A DNA stretch of 64,000 bases from Gemmatales bacterium (GTDB taxonomy: Bacteria > Planctomycetota > Planctomycetia > Gemmatales > HRBIN36): NCBI GenBank assembly GCA_041640595.1, contig JBEPZY010000001.1, positions 800,001-864,000 on the forward strand, given 5' to 3'. The first letter of the stretch is position 1. Every line of letters begins with the position of its first letter. The position numbers and the translations under genes are program-made. The notes beneath the pieces were generated by a model. That model had not been told where the DNA came from. It did not search any database and was given only the letters and a program-made list of their open reading frames with translations. Of the stretch, positions 39,309 through 49,070 are shown piece after piece.

Positions 39309-41498
39309 ATGTCGAGCAATGCACCCTGGATCGGTCGCCAAGAGCAACGCTGGAGGCCTGCATTGCTGTTGATGATGTTCGCCGCTGTTATAGCCCTGGT
39401 GGCGACGGTTTGGCTTGCATTCAAAATCTACCAGGCCACTGGGCAGCAGCAACCGAGGTTCCCCTATGTCCCCTGGTTGGCTTTCAGTATCGCCAGCCTT
39501 GTTATTTCTGTTGGGACGGCACTAAGCCTGTGGCTTAGTCATAAGTATGCAGAATCGGAGCAAACCCTGGCGAGTGCGGAAAAAGCGAATTTTCTCGGCT
39601 GGCTAGCCCTGGAGGCATTTGTTGTCGCAGCTGCCCTCGGATTGGCGCCAGTAATTTTGGAATACTCCCTTAGCCCAGTGGACAACTGGTTCACTCGCGT
39701 CAATCGCGGACTCCAGGCCTGGCGAGAATGGCCTACCTGGAAGCCTATCGTTTTTACCGTAGGCGGCTTGCTGGGAATGATGTTGGCATTTAGCTTCATG
39801 GTAAACGAAGCCCGCGAAAATCCCTTCGTCCGCCGACTTATCTACGGCTATAACACATTTGTCAGCGCAGTCCTGTTGCTTGGTATCTTGATTGTTGTCA
39901 ACGGCATCGCCTTTGCTTATGGAACGCGACCGTTTGACTGGACTTCTACAGGCACCTATACGGTACACGAAAGGATGCAAAATCTTCTCCGCCGGCTCGA
40001 TAAGCCCGTACATGTCTATGTGCTCATCGACCCTGAGGATAGTCTTTATCCTGAGATGCGAAATTACTTAGACCTTTGCCAGACCTATAATCGGGAAAAG
40101 TTCCGTGTTCATTATCCCTTTCTGCGCGGAACCCGTGAATTGCTGCAACAGTTATTCCAGCGTTATCGCGTGTCTTTTGATCAGGCGGGTATCCTGGTGG
40201 TGTATGACCCCGATGATCGAAATGCTTATCAATTCATTCGCCGGGACGACTTGCGTTCTGAAAGCCGATTCGGTCGCGAACCTCCTGTGTTTAAGGGAGA
40301 AAGCTCACTGGCTTCAGCTTTAGTTACGCTTATGCAAGGTCCTGAAAAACCTGCGATTTACTTTACTACCGGTGCCGGGGAAATGACGCCTGGTCACGCC
40401 GATAAAAACCGTAACTTGCTCAGGCTGAAAGATCGATTGGAACAGCAAGGTTACCGTGTAAAAGAAGTGGACTTGACCAAGCGAGATGCTTCTGGTGGTC
40501 CAGCAACAGAAGTTTTACAGGCGCTCTTAGAAGCCGAGGTGCTGATCGTTGCCGACTCACTTAGCGCACCGCCGGGATATGTTGAAATGTTGAAACTGTA
40601 CATGGGCAGTCCGGCACCACTGGGACTGCCGCAAAGTTTAGGACTGGTGAGCGCTGCCCTTCAGGGGCCCTTATTTCTGTTCGATCCCTCGGCAATGGAC
40701 TGGTTCATGATCCAGCAAGTTCGCCGTGGGAAGGGGCGTTTGATGGTGTTTACAGGTGCACATCTAGAAAATAGAGCGCCCACTGCTTGTCCACTAGAAG
40801 CGATGCTCAAAGATTATGGCGTCTCGGTAGGTCGGGATGTCGTGTTTTCGCTGGTGCGTGGGCAAATGCTCAACGCATTTGTACGCATCAATCCGCGAGC
40901 AGATGAACGCCTGCGAGCCGGTTTATCTCCCAGTCAATTAGAGACGGTATTTGCAATCCCGTTGTGCCGCAGCCTTGATTCTGGCCAGGGCGGTGACTAT
41001 GTAGTTACGCCCTTGCTTCAAACAGCCGTTCCCATTTATTTACTGCAAGACCGGCTTCTGGCCGACGATCTGGAAGAACATCTCCTGGAGCATCGGGATA
41101 GAGATCCTGAAGGCTTCAAACAACGCATCAAGAACCCGCCGCAAACCGTGGCCGTGACCGTGCGGGAGCGATCCTCCCGTGTGCCGCGGGATCCGTTTCA
41201 TGCCGGTGTAGCTGGGGAGGGAACGCCCCGACTGGTCGTTTTTGGCAGTGCCGGGCTGGCAATCCTGGCTGGCCTCGAGGACTTTCATTTCAACCTCATC
41301 GCTTCTTCATTAGCCTGGCTAAGAGATCGCCCGGAATTGATAGATGTCGGAATTCCCCCGCGCGACAAAAAATCGTTTGAGCCTGGTCCTAATTTCCAGC
41401 AATATTCCTTGCTTAGCTTTATGGTTCAGGGTCTGATGGTATTCGCGCTGGTCATAGTCAGCGGCATCGGCGTCTATTTAGTTCGCCGACATCAGTGA
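39309..41498 (+). CDS. GldG-like ABC transporter auxiliary component
   Basis: 'FDWTSTGTYT', 'IYFTTGAGE', 'RLVVFGS', 'N...SSLAWL', C-terminal TM plus 'RR'; operon context. Confidence 0.78.
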   Translation: MSSNAPWIGRQEQRWRPALLLMMFAAVIALVATVWLAFKIYQATGQQQPRFPYVPWLAFSIASLVISVGTALSLWLSHKYAESEQTLASAEKANFLGWLALEAFVVAAALGLAPVILEYSLSPVDNWFTRVNRGLQAWREWPTWKPIVFTVGGLLGMMLAFSFMVNEARENPFVRRLIYGYNTFVSAVLLLGILIVVNGIAFAYGTRPFDWTSTGTYTVHERMQNLLRRLDKPVHVYVLIDPEDSLYPEMRNYLDLCQTYNREKFRVHYPFLRGTRELLQQLFQRYRVSFDQAGILVVYDPDDRNAYQFIRRDDLRSESRFGREPPVFKGESSLASALVTLMQGPEKPAIYFTTGAGEMTPGHADKNRNLLRLKDRLEQQGYRVKEVDLTKRDASGGPATEVLQALLEAEVLIVADSLSAPPGYVEMLKLYMGSPAPLGLPQSLGLVSAALQGPLFLFDPSAMDWFMIQQVRRGKGRLMVFTGAHLENRAPTACPLEAMLKDYGVSVGRDVVFSLVRGQMLNAFVRINPRADERLRAGLSPSQLETVFAIPLCRSLDSGQGGDYVVTPLLQTAVPIYLLQDRLLADDLEEHLLEHRDRDPEGFKQRIKNPPQTVAVTVRERSSRVPRDPFHAGVAGEGTPRLVVFGSAGLAILAGLEDFHFNLIASSLAWLRDRPELIDVGIPPRDKKSFEPGPNFQQYSLLSFMVQGLMVFALVIVSGIGVYLVRRHQ

Positions 41499-41562
41499 AA
41501 ACTTAGCCAACAATTAGTGGGAACAATTTAATAGCGGAAACCATCAGAGGGGACCTGCCACC

Positions 41563-44325
41563 ATGAATCTCAGGACAACCTGGATTCTCTTTGGCATCTT
41601 CTGCCTTGCCGTCGGGATTTTCCTGACTCTGCAATGGTGGAATGTGCCCACCCCGGAAGTGCGAGAGCAACGTGAACGCTGGCTGGTCGGAACCTGGCGA
41701 GATAAGACAAGCGATATTACCCGACTGGTCATCGAACGCACTACCGAAAGCAGCGGCAAAGAAACTTTAGAGTTCGTCAGGAAGGAAGGAAAGTGGCATC
41801 TGACCAAACCGGCCGAATATAAGACCGACCATAGTGCTGTGGACTCGCTCGTTTTCGACATCACCGGTATCGAAGCCGACTATACAATTCCCGTGCCCCG
41901 TGAGCCGGAGATGGTTGGACTGGATTCACCCCGCGCAGTTATTACCTTATATGCTGAGAAAGAAGACAAGCCTATTCATGTACGAATCGGCAAGGAAAGC
42001 GAGGGAGATACGCCCGTAGTTTATGTCAACAGTACGTTCCATAGTCGCCCTCTTGCAGTCCGCAAGACTCGCCTGGAGCGCGTGTTTGCTAAAGTTGAGA
42101 CCTTCCGCAACAAGGATTTATTACCGAAAATCAGCTTCGGTGAACGGCTGATAAGCATCAGTATTCACACGCCAGCTCGTAAGCTGGAGTTGAAAAATGA
42201 CACGACCTACAGCTGGCTCTTTGTTACTCCGCCAATCGGTTACGCCCTGGAAAACAAAGCACGAGACCTGGCTGATGCCATGGAACGGATTAAGGTGGTG
42301 AAAGAAAACGGATATATAGATGATGTTACTGAAGACAAGCTCTCCCAATGGGGTCTCAAGCCGGATCGGGCATCTTATATCCTGACGCTGGAAAAAAAGG
42401 GGAGCGGTGAAAAAGACGAAACTACTAAACATCAGCTACTGATAGGAGATATAGACTACGCTGCTAGTTCCGCACCATTTAGTCGGTGGTTGGCGGCCTT
42501 GGTGGCGGAACAGGTTGGGAACAACGTCCTGGCTAGTCTGGCTGCCTGGAATGCCCGACAGTACGAACAGGCTGAAGACCTTCGGTATTATGCTAAACTT
42601 GACACCGACAATTATGCCGTGCGCGTTTCTGGCAAAGAATTGCGTGATCTGGTACCCGCTAAGCTCGATGATTACCGCGACCGGCACCTGGTACGCTACG
42701 ACGTGAAAAAAGTGGACGCTATAACCCTGGACTATCCCGCAGGGCCAGTAAAACAAGTTCGCCTGCGGCGATGGCAGTTGCCGAAAGAGGGAGACAAGTC
42801 CGGCGATAAGACCGCGACTGCTCCGGTCGAGTGGTACCTCTACACGGATCAGCGCAGCAAGCTGGCGACGCATCCTCAGGTGGTGGCCCAATTTGTTGAG
42901 GCCCTGCATAATCTCGAGCTGCGCGATGCCACGGCATTTCTGGACGATACTACCCGTCAGCGTCGCTGGTTTGGTGACGATCCGATTGACCTAGGCCTTG
43001 ACCCGGGCAAGGAGCTTTGCACGGTTCGTATCTGGAGCGATGGTATTTTGCGCGATAAGGAGGGTAAACCTGAAGGCGAAGGTGAACCGAAACTACGGGA
43101 CGAATCTAAACCGCTGGTGAGTCTGCGTGTTGGCAGGCACGATGAAAAACGGAAAGTAACCTATATCGAGCGCCGGCTGGCTGATCAACCGCCGCTGATC
43201 CTGGCAGTACCCGATCCAGCGGAGAATGTTAGTGGCATTAGCGGACCTTTTGAGCTAAGGGAACGTTTAGCTGGCGGTTACTATTACTTCCGCGACCGTA
43301 GCCTGAAAAGCTTCGTTTCCGATTATGTGCAACGTTTGGAATACACTCGCGGGGCAACCACTTTGCTCATTGAAAAAGAAGGCGGCCAGTGGAAAATCAA
43401 AAAGCCCTTTGAAGCACCCGCCGCCAACATAGATGCTCTCTTGAGCACTTTGAAGATTATGCAGGCCGATAAACTGGTCACAGATACCGCCAGCGATCAG
43501 GACCTAACCAACCTTTATCAACTTGGCGACAAGGCCTGGATACGCATACGAGTCTGGGAACAGCCGAAGGACCAAACGAATCCTAACGAACTCGTGTATA
43601 GTATCAGCAGAGCTATTGATAAAGAAGGGCCGGAAAAAGGCCAGTACTACGCGAATTTGCATTACAAACCAGCCACGGCAGACCAACCTGAAGCAAATAA
43701 GTTTGTGTTTGTGCTTAAGCGAGAAGTGGTGCGGGAACTGGATATCGAACCACGCAGCGGCACCGTTTTTGAAGCGAATAACACACAAGCCCAGGAAATC
43801 CATCTCCGTTGGCACCGCCAAGATAAGGATGGCAAACCGCAGCATATAACCATGCAACTGGCTTATCGCTCCGACAAGGAAGGAGAACCTCCGCGCTGGC
43901 AGGTGCTAAGCTGGACGATTAATGGCCAAGAGCAGAAAAAAGATACGTTCAGGCTCGATGTCGGGAAAGTAGAAAGCCTGCTGGCGAGTCTAGGATGGAA
44001 AACTGGCGTCAGTTCGGCAACACTTCTAAGCACGGAGCGATTCCTTCAATATAGCGGCAAGCTGGCAGCGGAATACCGATTGGATCCGCAGGATACTAAG
44101 TCGCCGCCCGCTCTGGTGATTGAGGTGTTTTCTGGCGACAAGAAAATCCAACAGCAATTGATTATAGGTAACCTGTGGGAACCAAAGATCGAGGAGTTCC
44201 CAGGTCTGAAGGAAAAACGTTATTACTATGCCCGAGCCTCCTCCCTGCCGGAAGCAGTGTTTGTATTGCCCGAAACAACGTGGAGCAGTCGCGTGCAGGG
44301 GCCGGAGTTTCTGCAGGTGCCTTGA
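41563..44325 (+). CDS. DUF4340-repeat membrane-anchored protein
   Basis: 'MNLRTTWIL' TM anchor; repeated 'W.L..P...D...V..L' and 'GLD.P' units; last gene of the Gld-like operon. Confidence 0.75.
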   Translation: MNLRTTWILFGIFCLAVGIFLTLQWWNVPTPEVREQRERWLVGTWRDKTSDITRLVIERTTESSGKETLEFVRKEGKWHLTKPAEYKTDHSAVDSLVFDITGIEADYTIPVPREPEMVGLDSPRAVITLYAEKEDKPIHVRIGKESEGDTPVVYVNSTFHSRPLAVRKTRLERVFAKVETFRNKDLLPKISFGERLISISIHTPARKLELKNDTTYSWLFVTPPIGYALENKARDLADAMERIKVVKENGYIDDVTEDKLSQWGLKPDRASYILTLEKKGSGEKDETTKHQLLIGDIDYAASSAPFSRWLAALVAEQVGNNVLASLAAWNARQYEQAEDLRYYAKLDTDNYAVRVSGKELRDLVPAKLDDYRDRHLVRYDVKKVDAITLDYPAGPVKQVRLRRWQLPKEGDKSGDKTATAPVEWYLYTDQRSKLATHPQVVAQFVEALHNLELRDATAFLDDTTRQRRWFGDDPIDLGLDPGKELCTVRIWSDGILRDKEGKPEGEGEPKLRDESKPLVSLRVGRHDEKRKVTYIERRLADQPPLILAVPDPAENVSGISGPFELRERLAGGYYYFRDRSLKSFVSDYVQRLEYTRGATTLLIEKEGGQWKIKKPFEAPAANIDALLSTLKIMQADKLVTDTASDQDLTNLYQLGDKAWIRIRVWEQPKDQTNPNELVYSISRAIDKEGPEKGQYYANLHYKPATADQPEANKFVFVLKREVVRELDIEPRSGTVFEANNTQAQEIHLRWHRQDKDGKPQHITMQLAYRSDKEGEPPRWQVLSWTINGQEQKKDTFRLDVGKVESLLASLGWKTGVSSATLLSTERFLQYSGKLAAEYRLDPQDTKSPPALVIEVFSGDKKIQQQLIIGNLWEPKIEEFPGLKEKRYYYARASSLPEAVFVLPETTWSSRVQGPEFLQVP

Positions 44326-44340
44326 TTAGTTGCATCCGCG

Positions 44341-44395
44341 GCTTATAAGCACCAGCAGTCCCGGGAGCGCATGCAGAGCTGGTGCTCTTATAAGC
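44341..44395. terminator. Inverted repeat between convergent genes; possible bidirectional terminator
   Basis: GCTTATAAGCACCAGC ... GCTGGTGC(TC)TTATAAGC, 16-bp stem with a 2-nt bulge; no clear U-tract. Confidence 0.5.
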
Positions 44396-44478
44396 TCTTA
44401 TAGTCGTGGGGTCTAATAGTGCAATTCCGCTAAGATCATTGGCTGTATAAGAACCTAACCTTGCGGCGACGGTAAATG

Positions 44479-45123
44479 TCAGGGCAGCTTTCGGCGCAAC
44501 TGGGTAAGCCGAGCTTGTAGCTGAGGTTGCCAGGGATCGCGCTCGAGGGAGCGCTCATACAAACTGCGGGCTCGGTCGGGGTAGGAGTAAATCTCATATA
44601 GTCGGCCACGCTCGGCTAAAGCAAAAGCATGCCGGGGATCGAGTGCAAGAGCTCTATCCAAAGCGGATTCTGCGGCCGGATAGTCGCCCTGTCGCAACAA
44701 GTACCACCCATATAGTGCCAGCGTATCCGCGGAATCGGGGCGGCTCCTTAGCCACTCACTTACAAGCTGGCGAAGCTCATCCTGACGATTCTCCTGCCAC
44801 AATAACTGTGCCAATCCACGACAGGCAGGCAATAAATGTGGGTCGAGCGACAACGCCCGGCGGTAATGCTCTTCCGCTTCGGAGAGTTTACCCTGAGCAT
44901 GAGCCAGTGCCGCCAGGTTGTAGTGGGTGTGAGGGTCGTTGGGAGCAAGAGTCAGAGCCCGTTGGAATTGTGCTTCGGCTGCGGAATAGTTGTTCTGCAA
45001 GAGATTAGCGACACCCTCGCGGTTCAGTGCAGCTACCTGTTCCTGAGCTGACGTGCCGCACCCGACTACCAGCAAGGCGATCCCTATCAGGTTTGCCCAC
45101 AGCGGCCGAAGTAGGCAGTGCAT
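44479..45123 (-). CDS. TPR-repeat lipoprotein
   Basis: Lipobox-like 'LLVVGC'; repeats 'A...F.RAL.L.P......YNLA'. Confidence 0.85.
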   Translation of the reverse strand: MHCLLRPLWANLIGIALLVVGCGTSAQEQVAALNREGVANLLQNNYSAAEAQFQRALTLAPNDPHTHYNLAALAHAQGKLSEAEEHYRRALSLDPHLLPACRGLAQLLWQENRQDELRQLVSEWLRSRPDSADTLALYGWYLLRQGDYPAAESALDRALALDPRHAFALAERGRLYEIYSYPDRARSLYERSLERDPWQPQLQARLTQLRRKLP

Positions 45124-45475
45124 ACCGATTATCTCGAATCCCCGCGTCCTGGTTTATAGTTGCCCTCGTTGTGAATCACAGCCGAAGCAATCGGGGAACG
45201 ACCTGGGCGGCAAGGTTTTTTCGTTGCGTGCTGCGATGCTTTTTGCCCGGTTGCACCGAAATCGACCGGAAGCGGTCGGCCTCTCGATACGGCGAGACGA
45301 TATTGCTGCATAACAAATCGGCTTACTGTTGCCAATCCAGGTTGGGCACGGCCATCGGATAAGCGCTCTTGAAAACGCGAATTCGCCGGAGTAAATTTAT
45401 GGGCCAGCTGCATCGTCAGCTGACCCAAGGAAGATGATGCGACCCAAGCAGTGTCCCGTACATGGAGGTACGAAC

Positions 45476-46231
45476 ATGGCTCGACACGTGCGTCCACGCA
45501 TTGGAATCAACACTGATTTTGTTCCGGGGAAATTGGAAGGTAGCGGACAACTACGGTTGCACATCGGTTATGCCGAATCGGTGTACGCCGCAGGAGGTTT
45601 GCCAATCATCATTCCGCCGGTCTTGAAAGCGGCAGACCTGGACGCCTTGCTGGATCATTTGGATGGCGTGGTGCTGGTGGGCGGTCAGGGAGACCTGGAT
45701 CCGAAACGACTGGGCTTGCCACGACACCATGCCGTTCATCCCATTCCAACCAAGCGGGAAGATGCGGATCGATTGCTCTGCAAACTCGCGGTAGAACGGC
45801 AACTGCCTGTTTTGGGCATCGCTCTGGGAATGCATCTGCTCAACGTCATCTGTGGTGGCACACTGTACCTGCATCTTCCAGAAGATCTGCCGCGCAGTTT
45901 GCCCCATCTTGATCCCACCGGTGGCGTGCATCGCCATGCTGTCAAATTACAACCGGGCAGCCGACTGGAAGTCATCTACGGCGAGGAAGAAATCCTCGTC
46001 AACAGTTACCACCACCAGGCAGTGAAGGAAGTGGCTCCGGGCTTCCGCGTGGCAGCAACTGCTCCGGACGGCGTAATCGAGGCTATCGAATCCGAATCCG
46101 AAGAATGGTGGGCCATGGGAGTTCAGTGGCATCCGCATTCGGAAACCGCCTCGAAGTTGGACTTGCAAATCTTTGAAGCGTTCGTGCAGGCCTGTGCCAA
46201 ACGCGACTCGGTACTGGCACTGGCAGCCTGA
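45476..46231 (+). CDS. Peptidase C26 / PuuD-like class-I glutamine amidotransferase homologue, catalytic residues altered
   Basis: 'AGGLP', 'LDGVVLVGG', 'VNSYHHQAV', 'APDGVIEAIE', 'GVQWHP'; GGAGG RBS. Confidence 0.85.
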   Translation: MARHVRPRIGINTDFVPGKLEGSGQLRLHIGYAESVYAAGGLPIIIPPVLKAADLDALLDHLDGVVLVGGQGDLDPKRLGLPRHHAVHPIPTKREDADRLLCKLAVERQLPVLGIALGMHLLNVICGGTLYLHLPEDLPRSLPHLDPTGGVHRHAVKLQPGSRLEVIYGEEEILVNSYHHQAVKEVAPGFRVAATAPDGVIEAIESESEEWWAMGVQWHPHSETASKLDLQIFEAFVQACAKRDSVLALAA

Positions 46232-46382
46232 CCTTCTCTGGCATGCAGCCTCCGAAGCAAATTGCGTGGCTTGAACATCCAAACTGACCGAGCGAGCACG
46301 TCGCCGTGGTGTAAAAGCACCGGAATTAACTACGCGACTTGCACGCCCGCAGAACAGCACTGACTGGTAGGCGACGCTTTGC

Positions 46383-47600
46383 ATGATAAGCCAGCGCTAC
46401 CTGGCTGGGCTGTCCACTGAACCGTCTCACGGTGTTCTGGAAGCGGCAGCGATCTGTGTTACCGGCAGCGGGACCTCCTTGCGTGTGCAACGAATCGCAG
46501 CCGATGTACTGCCCTGCCCTGTCGCTCTTCACGGGTCTGGCATCTGGGCCACCGGGAACGTCCAGGATATTCGCTTGTGGATTTCGCTCTCGGCCACTCT
46601 TGCCCAAGCTCTTCTCGAAGCCTTGCGAAAAGCGACAGACCGATTGGGCATAAGTTGGCATGAGCTATTATGTGCCGGTTTGTTCGAGCCTTACCTGATA
46701 TTAGAACCACACGAACACGGGGCGTTTGGTTTGCAGCTGCCTTTGGCTGCATTGCTTGCTGAGTTGACGGGCATCAGCATGGCTCATGCCTTCGGTTTAC
46801 GGGATTTTGCAGCAGGCGGGCAAGGCATGCCCGTGGTGGCGACGGCGGATTGGATCCTTTTCCACTCCCCGGCGGAAGACCGCGTCGTCGTGCATCTGGG
46901 CGACATTTTCTGGATGCACTGGCTGCCGCGGAACGGTTCCTGGCAACAGATGCGTGGAGCCGTGGTCGGTCCCGGCCTGGCTTGGCTAACTGCTCTGGCG
47001 TGGGCTTTGAACTTCGGAAGGGAGTCCAGCGACCGCCTGGGGCATCTGGCTGTTCAAGGGCGAGTTCGCCACGACCTGATGGCGCGCTGGCAATCGCATC
47101 CGGCGCTATTACGGCGAAACACTCGCGGAATTAGTTTGTCGGCCTTCGGTTATGAGTGGACGCAAAGCACCGTTCAACTGGCCAGGCAACGCGGCTGGCC
47201 CGGTTTTGACATACTGTGCACGGCCCATCACTGGCTGGCAATACTTGTCGCCGACACCCTCAAGCAGCTTGTCCAGGATACCGATGCTGCTCGTGTCATT
47301 GTTACCGGACACGGGCAACGCAACGGGTTCTTATGGCGACTGCTGGAGGAAAAACTTGTCGGCCTGCCTGTGGAGCGTTCCGACGTTCATGGCGTGCCCG
47401 CCGAAGCAACTCAAGCAATACGGTCGGCCATTCTGGCTGGTCTCTTGCTCGATCAGGAACCTGCAAGCGTGCCGAGTCTTACCGGAAGCAGCGGGCCGCG
47501 AATGCTTGGCGAATGGGCTCCCGGTTCGCTCTCCAACTGGTCGCGATGTTTGCACTGGATGACCACCGGCACCGACCCGCAGATGTGGGAAGAACCCTGA
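46383..47600 (+). CDS. Anhydro-N-acetylmuramic acid kinase (AnmK)-like protein, divergent
   Basis: 'LAELTGI...DFAAGGQGMP', 'GPG', 'VTGHGQRNGFL', 'VPSLTG'. Confidence 0.72.
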   Translation: MISQRYLAGLSTEPSHGVLEAAAICVTGSGTSLRVQRIAADVLPCPVALHGSGIWATGNVQDIRLWISLSATLAQALLEALRKATDRLGISWHELLCAGLFEPYLILEPHEHGAFGLQLPLAALLAELTGISMAHAFGLRDFAAGGQGMPVVATADWILFHSPAEDRVVVHLGDIFWMHWLPRNGSWQQMRGAVVGPGLAWLTALAWALNFGRESSDRLGHLAVQGRVRHDLMARWQSHPALLRRNTRGISLSAFGYEWTQSTVQLARQRGWPGFDILCTAHHWLAILVADTLKQLVQDTDAARVIVTGHGQRNGFLWRLLEEKLVGLPVERSDVHGVPAEATQAIRSAILAGLLLDQEPASVPSLTGSSGPRMLGEWAPGSLSNWSRCLHWMTTGTDPQMWEEP

Positions 47601-47674
47601 TCTGGCCAGCAGCTACCTCCAGCCAGCCACGGGCTGAATCCTTGACATTGCTGCTACAGGATTCGGTGCAAGCA

Positions 47675-47702
47675 TTGACAGGATACGCTAGGCCGCTAGG
47701 AT
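47675..47702 (+). promoter_or_regulatory. Sigma-70-type promoter for tRNA-Pro
   Basis: TTGACA (47675-47680), N16, TAGGAT (47697-47702), 24 nt upstream of the tRNA. Confidence 0.55.
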
Positions 47703-47726
47703 TATTGTGCCGATCGAAAGCGGCTA

Positions 47727-47802
47727 CGGGGTGTAGCTCAGCTTGGTTTAGAGCGCTTGGTTCGGGACCAAGAGGTCGCCGGTTCAAATCCGGCCACCCC
47801 GA
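47727..47802 (+). tRNA. tRNA-Pro (anticodon CGG), CCA not encoded
   Basis: Acceptor CGGGGTG/CACCCCG; D-arm GCTC/GAGC; anticodon arm CTTGG-TTCGGGA-CCAAG; T-arm GCCGG-TTCAAAT-CCGGC. Confidence 0.97.
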
Positions 47803-47947
47803 CTGTGTTTGTTGGACTTAACCTGGAAAACGCATCACGCACGCATCCCCGTTTTCACAAGGGGACCGCATTATAGCGGTTCATCGCCATTCGTTTGTGG
47901 CATACACCGGCGGTGGACTTTGTACGTTGCCGCCGGCACGTCGGGCT

Positions 47948-48091
47948 TTACGTTGTGGAACGAGGCGCTACTTCCTCGGATTCGCGGAAATAACCCGCAC
48001 CCTGCATCACCTGTACGATGGCATCCCCGGGCACCTCTACGCTCACGCAGACAGAAGCAAGGTCGCCAATCAACATGAGTGCATCTTGCAT
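47948..48091 (-). CDS. Candidate small protein (47 aa)
   Basis: GGAGG RBS upstream of ATG; MQDALMLIGDLASVCVSVEVPGDAIVQVMQGAGYFRESEEVAPRSTT; fills an otherwise empty gap. Confidence 0.35.
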   Translation of the reverse strand: MQDALMLIGDLASVCVSVEVPGDAIVQVMQGAGYFRESEEVAPRSTT

Positions 48092-48237
48092 AGGCACACC
48101 CTCCGTTGATTAATGCACACACAAACAAGGTTGCCTAACCGACACGAGTGGAATGGCGGGTTAAAGGTGCGCGCGGCAAACGAATGTCGAAATTGACCAG
48201 CGTTAGCAGCAACCTGGCCGCTTATGCTTTCACAAAG

Positions 48238-48786
48238 TCAGTGAATGATCTGCTTCAGTGGTGCCAGTAAACCTTCGCGCTCCTGCTGTTCGAGTTCTTT
48301 GCGAACCTCGCTCAGACCGTAGGCACACAGTTCGAACATGTGGCTGAGTCGCCGCAGCACCGCCGCTTCTTCGCGATACGGTTCCTCGTCGAAGGTGCTG
48401 GCGATGTAATAAGAGCGTTTGCCCTGCTCGCAGTAGTCCACGAAGAAATCCTTGCTGTGCACAGACCGCAGCCGCTGCAGCGCTTCGGGAAACAAGCCGG
48501 TCCAGAAAAGCGTAAAGTCGCCGATATGACGATGGATTTCCCTGCGAGTGCGCCCTTCGGGAGGTAATTCCTCGGCAAGCATGACCATTTCCACTACTTC
48601 CTCGATGGGGCGTCCCGTTGGCTTGCGCAGGCGATAGACCGCGTCCATGCGAAGAAACCGCAGAAGCATTCCTGCTATGTAATCAATGACAGCGAAATCT
48701 CCCAGACCGAGCCGGGTTACAAACGCCTGCTCGGTAACGCCCGTCAAGAGCCGACGCAATGGGTGCGACGCTGGCAATTGATACAT
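48238..48786 (-). CDS. Hypothetical helical protein
   Basis: 182 aa with natural composition; 'HRHIGDFTLFWTGLFPE', 'DYCEQGKRSY' look like conserved-family motifs; no function recognised. Confidence 0.8.
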   Translation of the reverse strand: MYQLPASHPLRRLLTGVTEQAFVTRLGLGDFAVIDYIAGMLLRFLRMDAVYRLRKPTGRPIEEVVEMVMLAEELPPEGRTRREIHRHIGDFTLFWTGLFPEALQRLRSVHSKDFFVDYCEQGKRSYYIASTFDEEPYREEAAVLRRLSHMFELCAYGLSEVRKELEQQEREGLLAPLKQIIH

Positions 48787-49070
48787 GGCCAGGTCCCGCC
48801 AGATTCACTCTACTCCCGGTACACCACTCCCTTGTCGGAATCGTCTGTCTGGCAGGTGTCAGTTTGCTGCCACAGCCAGGAAGCAGTGACGCTGGCAAGA
48901 ACATTATTCGCAGAATCGTTAGCACCGTCAAATTTCCACATCGCATGTCAGCCAGTATTGCCGAGCCGCGATTTCTGCACCGTTGTGCTCTATTTCCGGG
49001 CCGGAACAAACGTAGGATTGTACAGGGTACAACCACGCGGATGTTCGACGCAAACACGGGGAGCGGAGCT

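Noticed and set aside
47727..48240. tRNA-Pro as an integration site for a genomic island
   Set aside because: No integrase nearby and no duplicated tRNA 3' end noticed in the window.
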